Source: Candidatus Magasanikbacteria bacterium RIFCSPHIGHO2_01_FULL_41_23 (GTDB taxonomy: Bacteria > Patescibacteriota > Patescibacteriia > Magasanikbacterales > UBA922). Taken from it: a stretch of 64,000 bases of DNA. Made by a program: the position numbers and the translations under genes. This document shows, in pieces, positions 29,051 to 38,471 of the stretch. Positions within the stretch are counted from its first letter, which is position 1. Each line of letters begins with the position of its first letter. The stretch spans positions 69,401 to 133,400 of the forward strand of contig MFPT01000002.1 in the NCBI GenBank assembly GCA_001782805.1, given 5' to 3'. The notes beneath the pieces were generated by a model. That model did no database searches. It saw only the letters and a program-made list of their open reading frames with translations, and had not been told where the DNA came from.

Positions 29051-29911
29051 TTATAATCGATAACGGCCACGCCATTTCCACAGATACCGAAACCAGCTGT
29101 TCAAATGAATACGCGCGTTCTTATTTTTGAGGAGAGCTTTAATAATCCCCGGCACTTTGGCTGAGTCACGCGCGTGCGCATGCTTAATTACAATATCATG
29201 AACATAATAAACCGGCCAATGATGCTCCCACATTGTCCGACACCAATCACAATCTTCCAAATATGCCAGATACCGTTCATCAAACCAACCGATTTCATTC
29301 ACCACTGTCTGGCGCACAATCAAAGCCGCGCCCAAAACCCAATCCACCGGCTTGGTGGAATTATGATCAAAATCTTTCAAAAGTAAACGATCGGTGTAAC
29401 GTCTAACCCAAGCATATTTTTGATCCCAATTAATTTGTTTAAGTGGTTTAATTAAAATTGACGGCCAGTCAAAACGATAACAAGAGTACTGCAATGAGCC
29501 ATCCATATTCACCAATTTAGGACCAATGCAGCCAATCTTAGGATGTTCATCCATAAAACGAATTAACCGCTCAATCGTGCGGCTGTTTTCGGGAATTATC
29601 GTATCACGATTTAAAGCAAAATAATACCGGGCTGATGTCGCTTTAAAACCAATCGTATTTCCGCGGCCAAAACCAACATTGCCACCACAATCAATATAAT
29701 TGACATCGGGAAATTCAACGTTTAAAGCTTCTTTAATACCATCACTGTTTTCCGAATTATCAGCCACGGTAATTTGAACTAGATACGGACAATCAACCAG
29801 ATCGCGTTCAATGGAATTAATCGCGTTCAAAATATCGTCCTTCATGTGCAAATTAACAAAGACGATAGTTATGTCTTTTTTGGCATCCACCATTTTCTCA
29901 TTTGTTTCCAT
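29051..29911 (-). CDS. glycosyltransferase family 2
   Basis: ITVADNSEN and other GT2 motifs. Confidence 0.65.
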   Translation of the reverse strand: METNEKMVDAKKDITIVFVNLHMKDDILNAINSIERDLVDCPYLVQITVADNSENSDGIKEALNVEFPDVNYIDCGGNVGFGRGNTIGFKATSARYYFALNRDTIIPENSRTIERLIRFMDEHPKIGCIGPKLVNMDGSLQYSCYRFDWPSILIKPLKQINWDQKYAWVRRYTDRLLLKDFDHNSTKPVDWVLGAALIVRQTVVNEIGWFDERYLAYLEDCDWCRTMWEHHWPVYYVHDIVIKHAHARDSAKVPGIIKALLKNKNARIHLNSWFRYLWKWRGRYRL

Positions 29912-30909
29912 GGGATTTTTTTATTAAAGTGAATCTGTTTTTTTTTGGTTTGTAGATTTTGACGATTTTTCCATACCTCTAACAAACCGTCAATAACGCG
30001 TGGTTCAAACAACAAAAACCACCCAAACTTCTTTAATTCATACCACAAAATCCACGGAAAATCAAGCAGCCAATTTTGCCAGTATTCATTTTTATACAAG
30101 GTCATGAGGTGGTTTTTGTAGCTGTGATACTGTATCCAACTTGATTGTTCTTTCTTATTTTTGACCGCCGCCGCATCAGATAATTCAAGCGGACCAGCCG
30201 CGGAACGATCGTGGTACGCGACTGAATCAGTCGTTACTCCTGCCCCATATCCAGCCGCTTGCAAACGGAATGCCAAATCGACATCTTCTTTGTATGAACC
30301 GTATAAACTATCAAAAAATTCTTGTTTGGAAAAAGTCACTTCATTAATTGCCTGGCGACGAAATAAAGGCATTGTACCGGAAACCCCAAAAACTAATTTT
30401 ATTTTTTTTTCATCTGAATTTTTCCATTCTTCGCCCGATTGAATCTCAACCACGCGCCGATTACGCCAAACTTTTAGGCCAAGCGAATCAATCGTATTGC
30501 TTAAGCTGGCATCAATTCCCTGATTTATCTTAAAAAAATCCCATTTCATTAACCGCGGACTCACGACTGCGAGTTCTTGATTACTCGCGATTGCGATCAT
30601 TAATTTTTCCAAGCAATCCGGCTCCAAATACAAATCCTGATTTAATAAGACAAAATATTCACTGTTTGTTTCAGCATATAGTTGATTGTGCCCGCCCGCA
30701 AAACCATTATTCTTAGCATTTACGATTAAGCGGCTTTGAGCAGGAAAATTGATCAATTCTTTTTGAATTGATTCGACGGTATTGTCAGTTGAATTATTAT
30801 CGAGTATAAATAGTGTCCAATTTTTATTGGTCTGATTTTTTAATGACGCCAACAAAAACGGAATGTATTTCGCTCCGTTCCAGGTAACCAGATGAACTGA
30901 TAATTTCAT
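29869..30909 (-). CDS. glycosyltransferase family 2
   Basis: LVTWNGAKYIPFLLASLKNQT...ILDNNSTDNT GT2 signature. Start at the internal ATG (MKLSVHL). Confidence 0.7.
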   Translation of the reverse strand: MKLSVHLVTWNGAKYIPFLLASLKNQTNKNWTLFILDNNSTDNTVESIQKELINFPAQSRLIVNAKNNGFAGGHNQLYAETNSEYFVLLNQDLYLEPDCLEKLMIAIASNQELAVVSPRLMKWDFFKINQGIDASLSNTIDSLGLKVWRNRRVVEIQSGEEWKNSDEKKIKLVFGVSGTMPLFRRQAINEVTFSKQEFFDSLYGSYKEDVDLAFRLQAAGYGAGVTTDSVAYHDRSAAGPLELSDAAAVKNKKEQSSWIQYHSYKNHLMTLYKNEYWQNWLLDFPWILWYELKKFGWFLLFEPRVIDGLLEVWKNRQNLQTKKKQIHFNKKIPWKQMRKWWMPKKT

Positions 30910-31781
30910 ACTATATATTTGCGACGTACTTTTTCCGCAAGCCAAATCAAAGCAATTCCAAATGGTCGTACCAACGCAATCCATATCCAAATATACCACG
31001 GTTCCCATTTTTTAAAATAAATCAACATACTAGCGCTAAACTGTTTCTGTTTCCATAAAGTCGTACGCTTTTTAAAACTTTGTCCCACATAATCCACAGC
31101 CGAAATTATTGGTGTATACATCACTTCATATCCGAGCCTTTTTACTTCACGACAAATATCAACGTCTTCAAACCAAATAAAATAACGCGGATCAAACGCC
31201 CAGCCTAATTTTTCCACGATTTCACGACGCATCAACATAAACGAACCCTGCACTGAATCAACGAGCTGTTCTTTTTCCGGATTAAAATCCGCCATTAAAT
31301 AATGGTCCAAAATTTTTGGAGATAGATGAGGAATTTTTAACATGACAGCCAACTGGTCGACCAATGTCGGAAAACGACGTGGGCCAGTGGCTTGATTATA
31401 CTGCCCTTTTTCATTGGTTAATTTCGGACTAACAATTCCTACTTGAGGTTTGTCTTTCATCCATTCCAATAAAGATCGCAAACTAGCTGGCTCCAACCGC
31501 ATATCCGGATTCAAAAAAAGCAGATAGTCACCTTTAGCCATGGCCACACCCTCATTATTTGCCGCACTAAAGCCAACATTTTCTTTATTTTCTATAATGC
31601 AAAGCTGTAAATCATTTTCATTATATTTTGATTGTAACAACTCCACTGTTCCATCAGTGGAGCCGTTATCAATTATAATATGTTCGTAGTCCAAATCAGC
31701 GACCGCGGCATTTACTGACTGAATCTGGTCATCAATATTTTTTATTGAATTCCACGTTACGGTTATTATCGAAAGGTTCAT
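30906..31781 (-). CDS. glycosyltransferase family 2
   Basis: IITVTWNS...IIIDNGSTDGT GT2 signature. Overlaps the next gene by 4 nt. Confidence 0.7.
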   Translation of the reverse strand: MNLSIITVTWNSIKNIDDQIQSVNAAVADLDYEHIIIDNGSTDGTVELLQSKYNENDLQLCIIENKENVGFSAANNEGVAMAKGDYLLFLNPDMRLEPASLRSLLEWMKDKPQVGIVSPKLTNEKGQYNQATGPRRFPTLVDQLAVMLKIPHLSPKILDHYLMADFNPEKEQLVDSVQGSFMLMRREIVEKLGWAFDPRYFIWFEDVDICREVKRLGYEVMYTPIISAVDYVGQSFKKRTTLWKQKQFSASMLIYFKKWEPWYIWIWIALVRPFGIALIWLAEKVRRKYIV

Positions 31782-31889
31782 ATGATTTTTTACCCAAAAT
31801 AGTAAGCATCTGCCCATCTTTTATCACATAGACGACAACTGCCTTAATAAGTTGGGTTTCTTCTGCCATACTTCCTATGTAATTAAACG

Positions 31890-32480
31890 TTACGCCAAAC
31901 TAAAATTCCAAAATTCTTCGTGTTTCATCACAACATTAGTTAAAGCAGTAATATCTTCGTGAGTGCGTTTTTCCAGACTGTCAACTCTGCCTTCAAGGCG
32001 GTTAATATCCAGTCTTAATCGTGATTCAACTGAAGTAATCCGTTCTTGCAAGCTTTCTTCCACCATGTCTATTTTCGCGTCAAGACCAAAAATTATATTT
32101 GTGACATTTTCTTCGAGCGTCTTTATATCTTCTTTGGTCGCAAAATTCTTTAGGTCTTCTTTTGTGGCAAAATTTTTTAAATCATCTTTAGTGGCAAATT
32201 GAGTGGCAAATTCTTTTAAATCATCTTTAGTGGCAAAATTCCGAGCGTCTTCTTTTGTGAGAAAATCTTTGGCATCTTCCTTAGTAAGGAAACTTTTGGC
32301 ATCTTCTTTTGTCAAAAAACTTTTTGCGTCATCCTTGGTAAGAAAAAAAGTGGCGTCTTGTTTAGTTAAAAAATTGGCAACAAAAAATTCTTTAAAATCA
32401 ATTAAAAAACTCATTATCTCTTTGGGAGTAATCTCCTTGGTTGGCATATTAGAAAAAATAATCCCGATAGTGAAGCACAT
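31890..32480 (-). CDS. tandem nonapeptide-repeat protein with C-terminal coiled coil
   Basis: About ten FLTKEDAKS / FATKDDLKN repeats encoded by 27-bp tandem DNA repeats, followed by a coiled-coil tail. Start codon uncertain. Confidence 0.5.
   Translation of the reverse strand: MCFTIGIIFSNMPTKEITPKEIMSFLIDFKEFFVANFLTKQDATFFLTKDDAKSFLTKEDAKSFLTKEDAKDFLTKEDARNFATKDDLKEFATQFATKDDLKNFATKEDLKNFATKEDIKTLEENVTNIIFGLDAKIDMVEESLQERITSVESRLRLDINRLEGRVDSLEKRTHEDITALTNVVMKHEEFWNFSLA
32135..32385. repeat. 27-bp tandem repeat array (about 9-10 units) inside the repeat-protein CDS
   Basis: Direct reading shows repeated units such as tctttagtggcaaaatt...; both strands give periodic repeat ORFs. Confidence 0.8.
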
Positions 32481-32561
32481 CGGGGACGAATATCAAGTAC
32501 TCTTAATTATGAGTATAACACCTGAATTTTAGGCTGTCAAAAATTAAAGAATCCGCCTAAT

Positions 32562-33410
32562 TTAAGCTAAATACTCCTTCAAAGCCAACTGCCAACTGCG
32601 TTGCGCCGGCAATTTAGTGTTAATAAGTTGTGAATAATTCGGACGTTTGGCTGGCCGAGGATACGCCGTGCTCGGCACTGGATTAACAATTATAGCCAAA
32701 TTTTTCAAACGAAAAATTTCTTTAGCCCATCCGTGCCAAGTACAAACACCACTATTTGCGCCATGATAAATTCCCGGCTGACCACTTATTACCGATTTGG
32801 TAAAACGCGCCACATCAGACACATACGTTGGACTACTCAATTCTTCATCAACCAAATCAAGAAAAGTTTTACCACCTTCGGTCGCTAAATAAATCATCGT
32901 ATCCACAAAACTTTTTTTTCCTCCATCACTAATCGCCGGCTTACCAAATAATTTGGACAGACGAATAATATAATATTTTCCACCAGCTTCTGTAACTAGT
33001 GCTTCGCCTTTCGCTTTTGTTTCCCCATATTTATTAATCGGCGCGATAGGATCGTTTTCAGTATATCCATTTTGATTGATTCCCGCAAAAACATAATCCG
33101 AAGAATAATGCACAAAAATAATTTCCCGATCCCGACACAAACGTGCCAAATTTCCGGCCGCGGACGCGTTAATTTTTAACGCGCTGTCATACAATTCTTT
33201 GGACTCTTCAATTTTATCAACCGCGTTAATCGCAACGGCGTTTATTACCAAATTCGGTTTTAATTCTTCAATTTCTTTTTTTGTTGAGTCAAAATCAGTA
33301 ATATCCAATTCTTTTTTATCGTACGCGATTACTTCGTGCTTGTCCGCCAAAAATTCACGAACCAATTCCTGCCCCAACATTCCACGCGCTCCTAAAACTA
33401 AAACTTTCAT
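32562..33410 (-). CDS. rmlD: dTDP-4-dehydrorhamnose reductase
   Basis: MKVLVLGARGMLG Rossmann start and RmlD-like length and blocks. Confidence 0.8.
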   Translation of the reverse strand: MKVLVLGARGMLGQELVREFLADKHEVIAYDKKELDITDFDSTKKEIEELKPNLVINAVAINAVDKIEESKELYDSALKINASAAGNLARLCRDREIIFVHYSSDYVFAGINQNGYTENDPIAPINKYGETKAKGEALVTEAGGKYYIIRLSKLFGKPAISDGGKKSFVDTMIYLATEGGKTFLDLVDEELSSPTYVSDVARFTKSVISGQPGIYHGANSGVCTWHGWAKEIFRLKNLAIIVNPVPSTAYPRPAKRPNYSQLINTKLPAQRSWQLALKEYLA

Positions 33411-33432
33411 AGCGAGTAAACTCTAATAAATA

Positions 33433-33849
33433 TTATTTCAAATGTTCGCCGCGTATTTTTAAATATTCTTCGTAATTTTCCAAATAATCACCACGATCCG
33501 GATTGTAATTAGTGGAAGTGAGCGCGATCATCATGCAGTCTGCGCTGGCGTTTTTAAATCCATGCCACACATAATTCGGGACATAGATTGCCGTGTTTGG
33601 TCCTTCCAAACGCATCTCTTCTTTTCCCTTTCCGCTATCAATAATCGCGGTAATTGCTCCTCTTGCTACGAAAAAAAATTCTTCTTCAACATAATGACAA
33701 TGCTCGCCCGTTTGTTTATCCGGCTTGATATCGGAAAAATAATACATGCGCTTAACATCAAACGGAATCACATCTTTAAATTCAACCGGCGTTAAATTAA
33801 AATCGCGATTGGTGAAAGTTTTTAAATCTATTTTTTGAAATTGTTTCAT
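33433..33849 (-). CDS. cupin-fold sugar 3,4-ketoisomerase / epimerase-like protein (FdtA/WxcM-like)
   Basis: 138-aa cupin with a His-containing core (HCHYVEEEFFFVARG). Sits between rmlD and rmlB. Confidence 0.55.
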   Translation of the reverse strand: MKQFQKIDLKTFTNRDFNLTPVEFKDVIPFDVKRMYYFSDIKPDKQTGEHCHYVEEEFFFVARGAITAIIDSGKGKEEMRLEGPNTAIYVPNYVWHGFKNASADCMMIALTSTNYNPDRGDYLENYEEYLKIRGEHLK

Positions 33850-33877
33850 ACTTCGGTAAAAACTCAGTATAAATAAA

Positions 33878-34933
33878 TTAGGCCGCGCTTGTCATTTGCG
33901 CATTTGATTTTTCCAATCCTTCCTGAAAAATATTCATTTCCGCGCGTTTTTTATCCCACAAATTTTCCACCCAATCCGTATTATTTTTATACCAATTAAC
34001 GGTTTCCGTCAATCCGCGCGTAAATTCAGCTCGCGTATATTCCGGTTTCCAACCCAAAGCCATAATTTTACTGGCATCAATGGCATAACGGCGATCATGT
34101 CCGGGACGATCCGTCACATATTCAATTTTTTCTTCCCCAAACCCCATTATTTCCAAAATCATTTTGGTAATTTCCAAATTACTGCGTTCATTGTCTGAAC
34201 CGATATTATAAACCTCGCCCGCCACACCCTGATGCAATAGTAAATCCAAAGCCGTCGCATGATCACGCACGTGGATCCAATCGCGGACATTTAAACCATC
34301 GCCATATACGGGCACACGCTCGCCTTTTAATAATTTAAAAATAAAAAATGGAATTACTTTTTCCGGAAATTGATACGGGCCATAATTGTTGGAACAATGC
34401 GTTACGATCACCGGAGTTTTATGCGTCACAAAATAAGCATTGCACATCAAATCGCCTCCCGCCTTGGCCGCGGCATATGGCATGTTGGGCCAAATCGGCG
34501 TGCTTTCCGTAAAAAAACGATCTTCATCAAGCGCGAGCGATCCATAGACTTCATCCGTGGAAACATTGACGAATTTTTCTACATTATTTATTCGCACCGC
34601 ATCCAAAATCATTTGCACGCCCAAAGTATTCGTCAAAACAAATTCTTTCGCTCCGCCATGAATGGAACGATCAACGTGCGTTTCCGCCGCAAAATTTATG
34701 ACATGAGTAATTTTATATTTTTTCATCACCTCATTCAGCGCGTCCAAATCCGTAATATCGCCGCGCACAAAAGTATAACGCGGATCATTTTCCACGACGC
34801 GATGATTGGCCAAATTTCCAGCGTACGTTAATTTATCAAAATTTATAATTTTGTAATCCGGATATTTGGCCAAAAAATAATGGATAAAGTTACTCCCAAT
34901 AAATCCCGCGCCGCCACATACCAGTATATTCAT
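33878..34933 (-). CDS. rmlB: dTDP-glucose 4,6-dehydratase
   Basis: MNILVCGGAGFIGSNF start and a YAAAK-type active site (YAAAKAGGD). Confidence 0.9.
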   Translation of the reverse strand: MNILVCGGAGFIGSNFIHYFLAKYPDYKIINFDKLTYAGNLANHRVVENDPRYTFVRGDITDLDALNEVMKKYKITHVINFAAETHVDRSIHGGAKEFVLTNTLGVQMILDAVRINNVEKFVNVSTDEVYGSLALDEDRFFTESTPIWPNMPYAAAKAGGDLMCNAYFVTHKTPVIVTHCSNNYGPYQFPEKVIPFFIFKLLKGERVPVYGDGLNVRDWIHVRDHATALDLLLHQGVAGEVYNIGSDNERSNLEITKMILEIMGFGEEKIEYVTDRPGHDRRYAIDASKIMALGWKPEYTRAEFTRGLTETVNWYKNNTDWVENLWDKKRAEMNIFQEGLEKSNAQMTSAA

Positions 34934-34951
34934 ATACTTTTATATTACTTT

Positions 34952-35692
34952 TTAAGCCGCTCTTTTTAAAATAAATTTATTTTCTTCGGATAACATTTCT
35001 TGCAATCCAAGTTTTACGGCATTCCTCTTAATAAATTCAGCGGCAAAATTATCAGCGTAACTTTCGTAAGGACTGGTTCTATAGGCAATTTCTTGAGCGC
35101 GTTGCAATTCGCTTAATGTTTTAATTCCCAAAAGATTAATACTTTTCCTCAAAGAAGGGAAAACAGAAAAAAATTCTTCTAAACTTTTACACCCGCTTAT
35201 TTCACTTTGTAATTCTGCTGGATCAAGTCCAGTCACGGGCAATAATAACAAATTTGCCTCATAATGTTCGCGCCACTCTTGAATTCCGCCATACTTCTCA
35301 TAATTTTTTATATAATCAGTCGCATGACCCAATTCATGGGCGATAATAAACAATCTTAAAAGTCTCGGTGTCATATTTTCAAATGAAAGTGCTAACATAC
35401 TTGCCGACATTTCAATCGAAGTCTGACGATTTTTCATCAATGCAACCATGTGATTAGTTTGTTCAGTTACAATAAATATTGTAGGAACAAATTTACCTTC
35501 GCCTAACTCAATTACATCAAAAAAACCTCCGGTATTTGGTTCCTCATCTGGTGAAATAAAATTAATTTCAACCTGAGATAAAAGGGGTTGTTCTTCTGCC
35601 ATACGCCTTAAAAAAGTTACCATGAGACTATCAACGTCTATTTCTCTTTGTACTAAAAAATCTTTCAAGGTAAGTCGATTCAATTTTTCCAT
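34952..35692 (-). CDS. hypothetical protein with HExxH zinc-peptidase-like motif
   Basis: IAHELGHA motif. A G8 tract lies in the RBS region immediately upstream. Atypical composition. Confidence 0.45.
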   Translation of the reverse strand: MEKLNRLTLKDFLVQREIDVDSLMVTFLRRMAEEQPLLSQVEINFISPDEEPNTGGFFDVIELGEGKFVPTIFIVTEQTNHMVALMKNRQTSIEMSASMLALSFENMTPRLLRLFIIAHELGHATDYIKNYEKYGGIQEWREHYEANLLLLPVTGLDPAELQSEISGCKSLEEFFSVFPSLRKSINLLGIKTLSELQRAQEIAYRTSPYESYADNFAAEFIKRNAVKLGLQEMLSEENKFILKRAA

Positions 35693-35702
35693 TTCTTTTG
35701 AA

Positions 35703-35710
35703 CCCCCCCC
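35703..35710 (-). promoter_or_regulatory. homopolymeric G8 tract overlapping the RBS of the HExxH hypothetical gene
   Basis: The minus strand reads taatgagggggggggttcaaaagaaATG. The tract sits within about 12 nt of the start codon. Confidence 0.6.
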
Positions 35711-35771
35711 TCATTAGAATGTTCTTTCGAACCATCCATATTAAAAATCTAAAAAAAATAACTTTATTATG

Positions 35772-36308
35772 CTAAGTAATAAATTGATGCCGCACCAAAC
35801 TCCACGCCGCCATCGTTTCACCATCCCAGATATCATTGCGTCGAATCATGGCCTCAACTTCATCAGGATAGCGCGCAATTATTTCCATACTTTCCGTTTC
35901 ATCTGGTTTGGAAACTCCGGCTTCGCCCACTTGCGCCATAAAAATATGCATCCGATCTTTAATCAAACCTTTTGATGGTTCAAATTCACCAACCAAAATT
36001 AATTCTTCTGCATCATAACCTGTTTCTTCTTTTAATTCAAGATTCGCGGCCTGAGTTAGCGTCATCCCATTTTTTATTCCACCACCGGGAAATTCTATGC
36101 TATGCCTATCGGTCAAATACCGATATTGACGCACTAACACGATTCTACCATCAGGCAAAACCGGCACAATCATCACACCACCCCGAGATTCAAGATAATA
36201 ATAATCCCCAGCTTTACCATTGGAAAATTTAAATTCATCATGTTTATATTCACACCACGGATTTTTATGAATTGTTTCTTCGGATATTTTTTTTATTTTA
36301 CGAGACAT
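35772..36308 (-). CDS. NUDIX hydrolase (ADP-ribose pyrophosphatase-like)
   Basis: Nudix box GGGIKNGMTLTQAANLELKEETG. Confidence 0.8.
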   Translation of the reverse strand: MSRKIKKISEETIHKNPWCEYKHDEFKFSNGKAGDYYYLESRGGVMIVPVLPDGRIVLVRQYRYLTDRHSIEFPGGGIKNGMTLTQAANLELKEETGYDAEELILVGEFEPSKGLIKDRMHIFMAQVGEAGVSKPDETESMEIIARYPDEVEAMIRRNDIWDGETMAAWSLVRHQFIT

Positions 36309-36323
36309 ACTTTAACACTAACA

Positions 36324-36725
36324 TTAACCAAACCTTTTATAAATTTCCGCCACATTAATTCCGTCATTTTTCTTCACCACCGAATGCATACTCCCTCCGC
36401 CATCACCATTCCACCGCGGAAAAATATGCACATGCCAATGCGGCACAGCTTGACCGCCAGCATCGCCATGATTCCAGCCAACAGTAAAACCTTCCGGTTG
36501 TAAAACCGTTTGCAACCGCTCCATAATTTTTTTAATCGCTCTGTGCAATTCCGCAATCATAACTTCATCATAATCAAAAATAGTTTCACCGTGTTTTTTA
36601 GGAATCACGACCGTATGTCCCACCGCATGTGGAAAAATATCCAAAAACGCCAAAATCGTCTCATCCTCATACAACGTGTAATTGGGAATTTCCTTGTCCA
36701 CGATTTTACAAAAAATGCAATCCAT
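36324..36725 (-). CDS. HIT family hydrolase
   Basis: Histidine triad HWHVHIFPR (HxHxHxx). Confidence 0.85.
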   Translation of the reverse strand: MDCIFCKIVDKEIPNYTLYEDETILAFLDIFPHAVGHTVVIPKKHGETIFDYDEVMIAELHRAIKKIMERLQTVLQPEGFTVGWNHGDAGGQAVPHWHVHIFPRWNGDGGGSMHSVVKKNDGINVAEIYKRFG

Positions 36726-36736
36726 ATATCCGTATC

Positions 36737-38404
36737 TTACTTCTTCTCTCCCAAATTTTCAACCCGCTTCACCGGGCGAAGTTCCAGATTATCCCAAACC
36801 GCGATTGGCTCAGACAAAGTCAATTCGGTCGATCGCCACTTTGTTTCCATTTCAGCTTTATCTTTTTGACTTAATTCAATGTCATACCAATACAAAGGAA
36901 AGCCGAGCATGGCCAGTTTTGCCATGGCTTGTATTTCTTCCTCACCTTGCCAATTTACCAATACACGTCGTCCGGGAAAAAGATATTTGTCTCCGTAGCG
37001 AGTTACTACAATCGCGGAACTTGGCGTTGCTTCGTATATTCTACTGCGCCAATCATAATATCCAGCCACGGTATTTTTAATTTCCGCCAAACCCTCAAAA
37101 CGTAAAAAAACCGCTTTAAAGGAAAAAAGCGCGAGCGCAAAAAAAATCATTATTGCGCATAATTGACCAGTTTTAGTCAGAGTCCATAATTTTTTTAATA
37201 AAAAAGCCACAAACGGCAATGACAAAACATATAACGGCAAAAAATAACGCGTCTGTGAACTCCCAATGGAAACTAGACCAGCCAAATTATCCGCAAAATT
37301 CCACGATCCATAATACAATAAAATTAAAAATACCACGCCTCCAAAAACTATTGAATAATATCGCCAAATTTTTTGACGTTCATACAAAGTCAGTCCGAAA
37401 CCGATGATCGCAGCCACAGTCCACGGCGCGATTAATTTAAAACCATAGTTATATATGGTTTTTAAAATAATAAGCGGATGCCAACCAAAAGGCAAAAAAA
37501 TCGCATTTAACAAAGGAATTCCTTGTGGACCACTCGTGATTAATCCGCCCGCGCCATTTAACTGTGGTCGAACATATCCACTCGCGAACAGATTTCCATA
37601 AAAAGCATTTTGCGTTACAAAAAATAATACACCAACTACACTCATACCAATTATCCCTGACAAAATTCCCGAAATATTTAATTTTGGTTTAAGGAAAATA
37701 AATAAACTAGTGAATAAAAAAAGTGTCCATAACCATTCAGTCGGACGAATATATAATGCCAATCCCCAAAAAAAAGTGAACAAAAAAAGTTGTACTGATT
37801 TATTTTTATATTTTATTAAAAAATACGTCGCAACTAAAAATAATGTCACAAATAATGTCATGTGTTGCAATGGTCGACTGGCATAATACCACCATGGCGG
37901 CAAAAAAAATAAACCAATCGCCGATAAAAACGCCAATGATCTGTCGTCAAATAAACGACGAATAATTCCGTATAAAAAAAGTGGAGCAGTAACTGCCGAG
38001 AGTGGAGTAATCATCACCACGAAATAATTAAATAAACTGCCATCATTAAAAAAAGTAATTGCTTTCATTGCGAAAGCGAGCAAAACGATAAATCCCGGAA
38101 AGCCAATCGGCATTAATTCTCCATTCACGACCGTCATACTCCGCGGGTGCAATTGATTAAGCGCCACGCCGGACAATGCTTCCTCCATGCCAATTTTATG
38201 ATGCAAAACCCATTGGCGAATAAACAAATAATTCGCCATTTCATCCGGTTGATTAAAAATCAGATAAGCCGATTCCTGCGTGGCGACATCAGCCGACAAA
38301 GGCTGAGCATAAAAGTCCCAATACAAAAATTGATAAACAACAAAAAATCCGGCCGCCAATAGCACCAAGACAACTTCAAAAATATATTTTTTAAACCAAG
38401 CCAT
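36737..38404 (-). CDS. GT-C superfamily membrane glycosyltransferase (PMT/ArnT-like)
   Basis: 555 aa, about 11-13 TM helices. Conserved acidic loop after TM1 typical of GT39/GT83 dolichyl/undecaprenyl-phosphate sugar transferases. Confidence 0.55.
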   Translation of the reverse strand: MAWFKKYIFEVVLVLLAAGFFVVYQFLYWDFYAQPLSADVATQESAYLIFNQPDEMANYLFIRQWVLHHKIGMEEALSGVALNQLHPRSMTVVNGELMPIGFPGFIVLLAFAMKAITFFNDGSLFNYFVVMITPLSAVTAPLFLYGIIRRLFDDRSLAFLSAIGLFFLPPWWYYASRPLQHMTLFVTLFLVATYFLIKYKNKSVQLFLFTFFWGLALYIRPTEWLWTLFLFTSLFIFLKPKLNISGILSGIIGMSVVGVLFFVTQNAFYGNLFASGYVRPQLNGAGGLITSGPQGIPLLNAIFLPFGWHPLIILKTIYNYGFKLIAPWTVAAIIGFGLTLYERQKIWRYYSIVFGGVVFLILLYYGSWNFADNLAGLVSIGSSQTRYFLPLYVLSLPFVAFLLKKLWTLTKTGQLCAIMIFFALALFSFKAVFLRFEGLAEIKNTVAGYYDWRSRIYEATPSSAIVVTRYGDKYLFPGRRVLVNWQGEEEIQAMAKLAMLGFPLYWYDIELSQKDKAEMETKWRSTELTLSEPIAVWDNLELRPVKRVENLGEKK

Positions 38405-38471
38405 ATTGCGTCTGCGTATAGCTTTGATACAATACCTGCAATTATAGATAATTAACGCTAAAAATTCCAGT

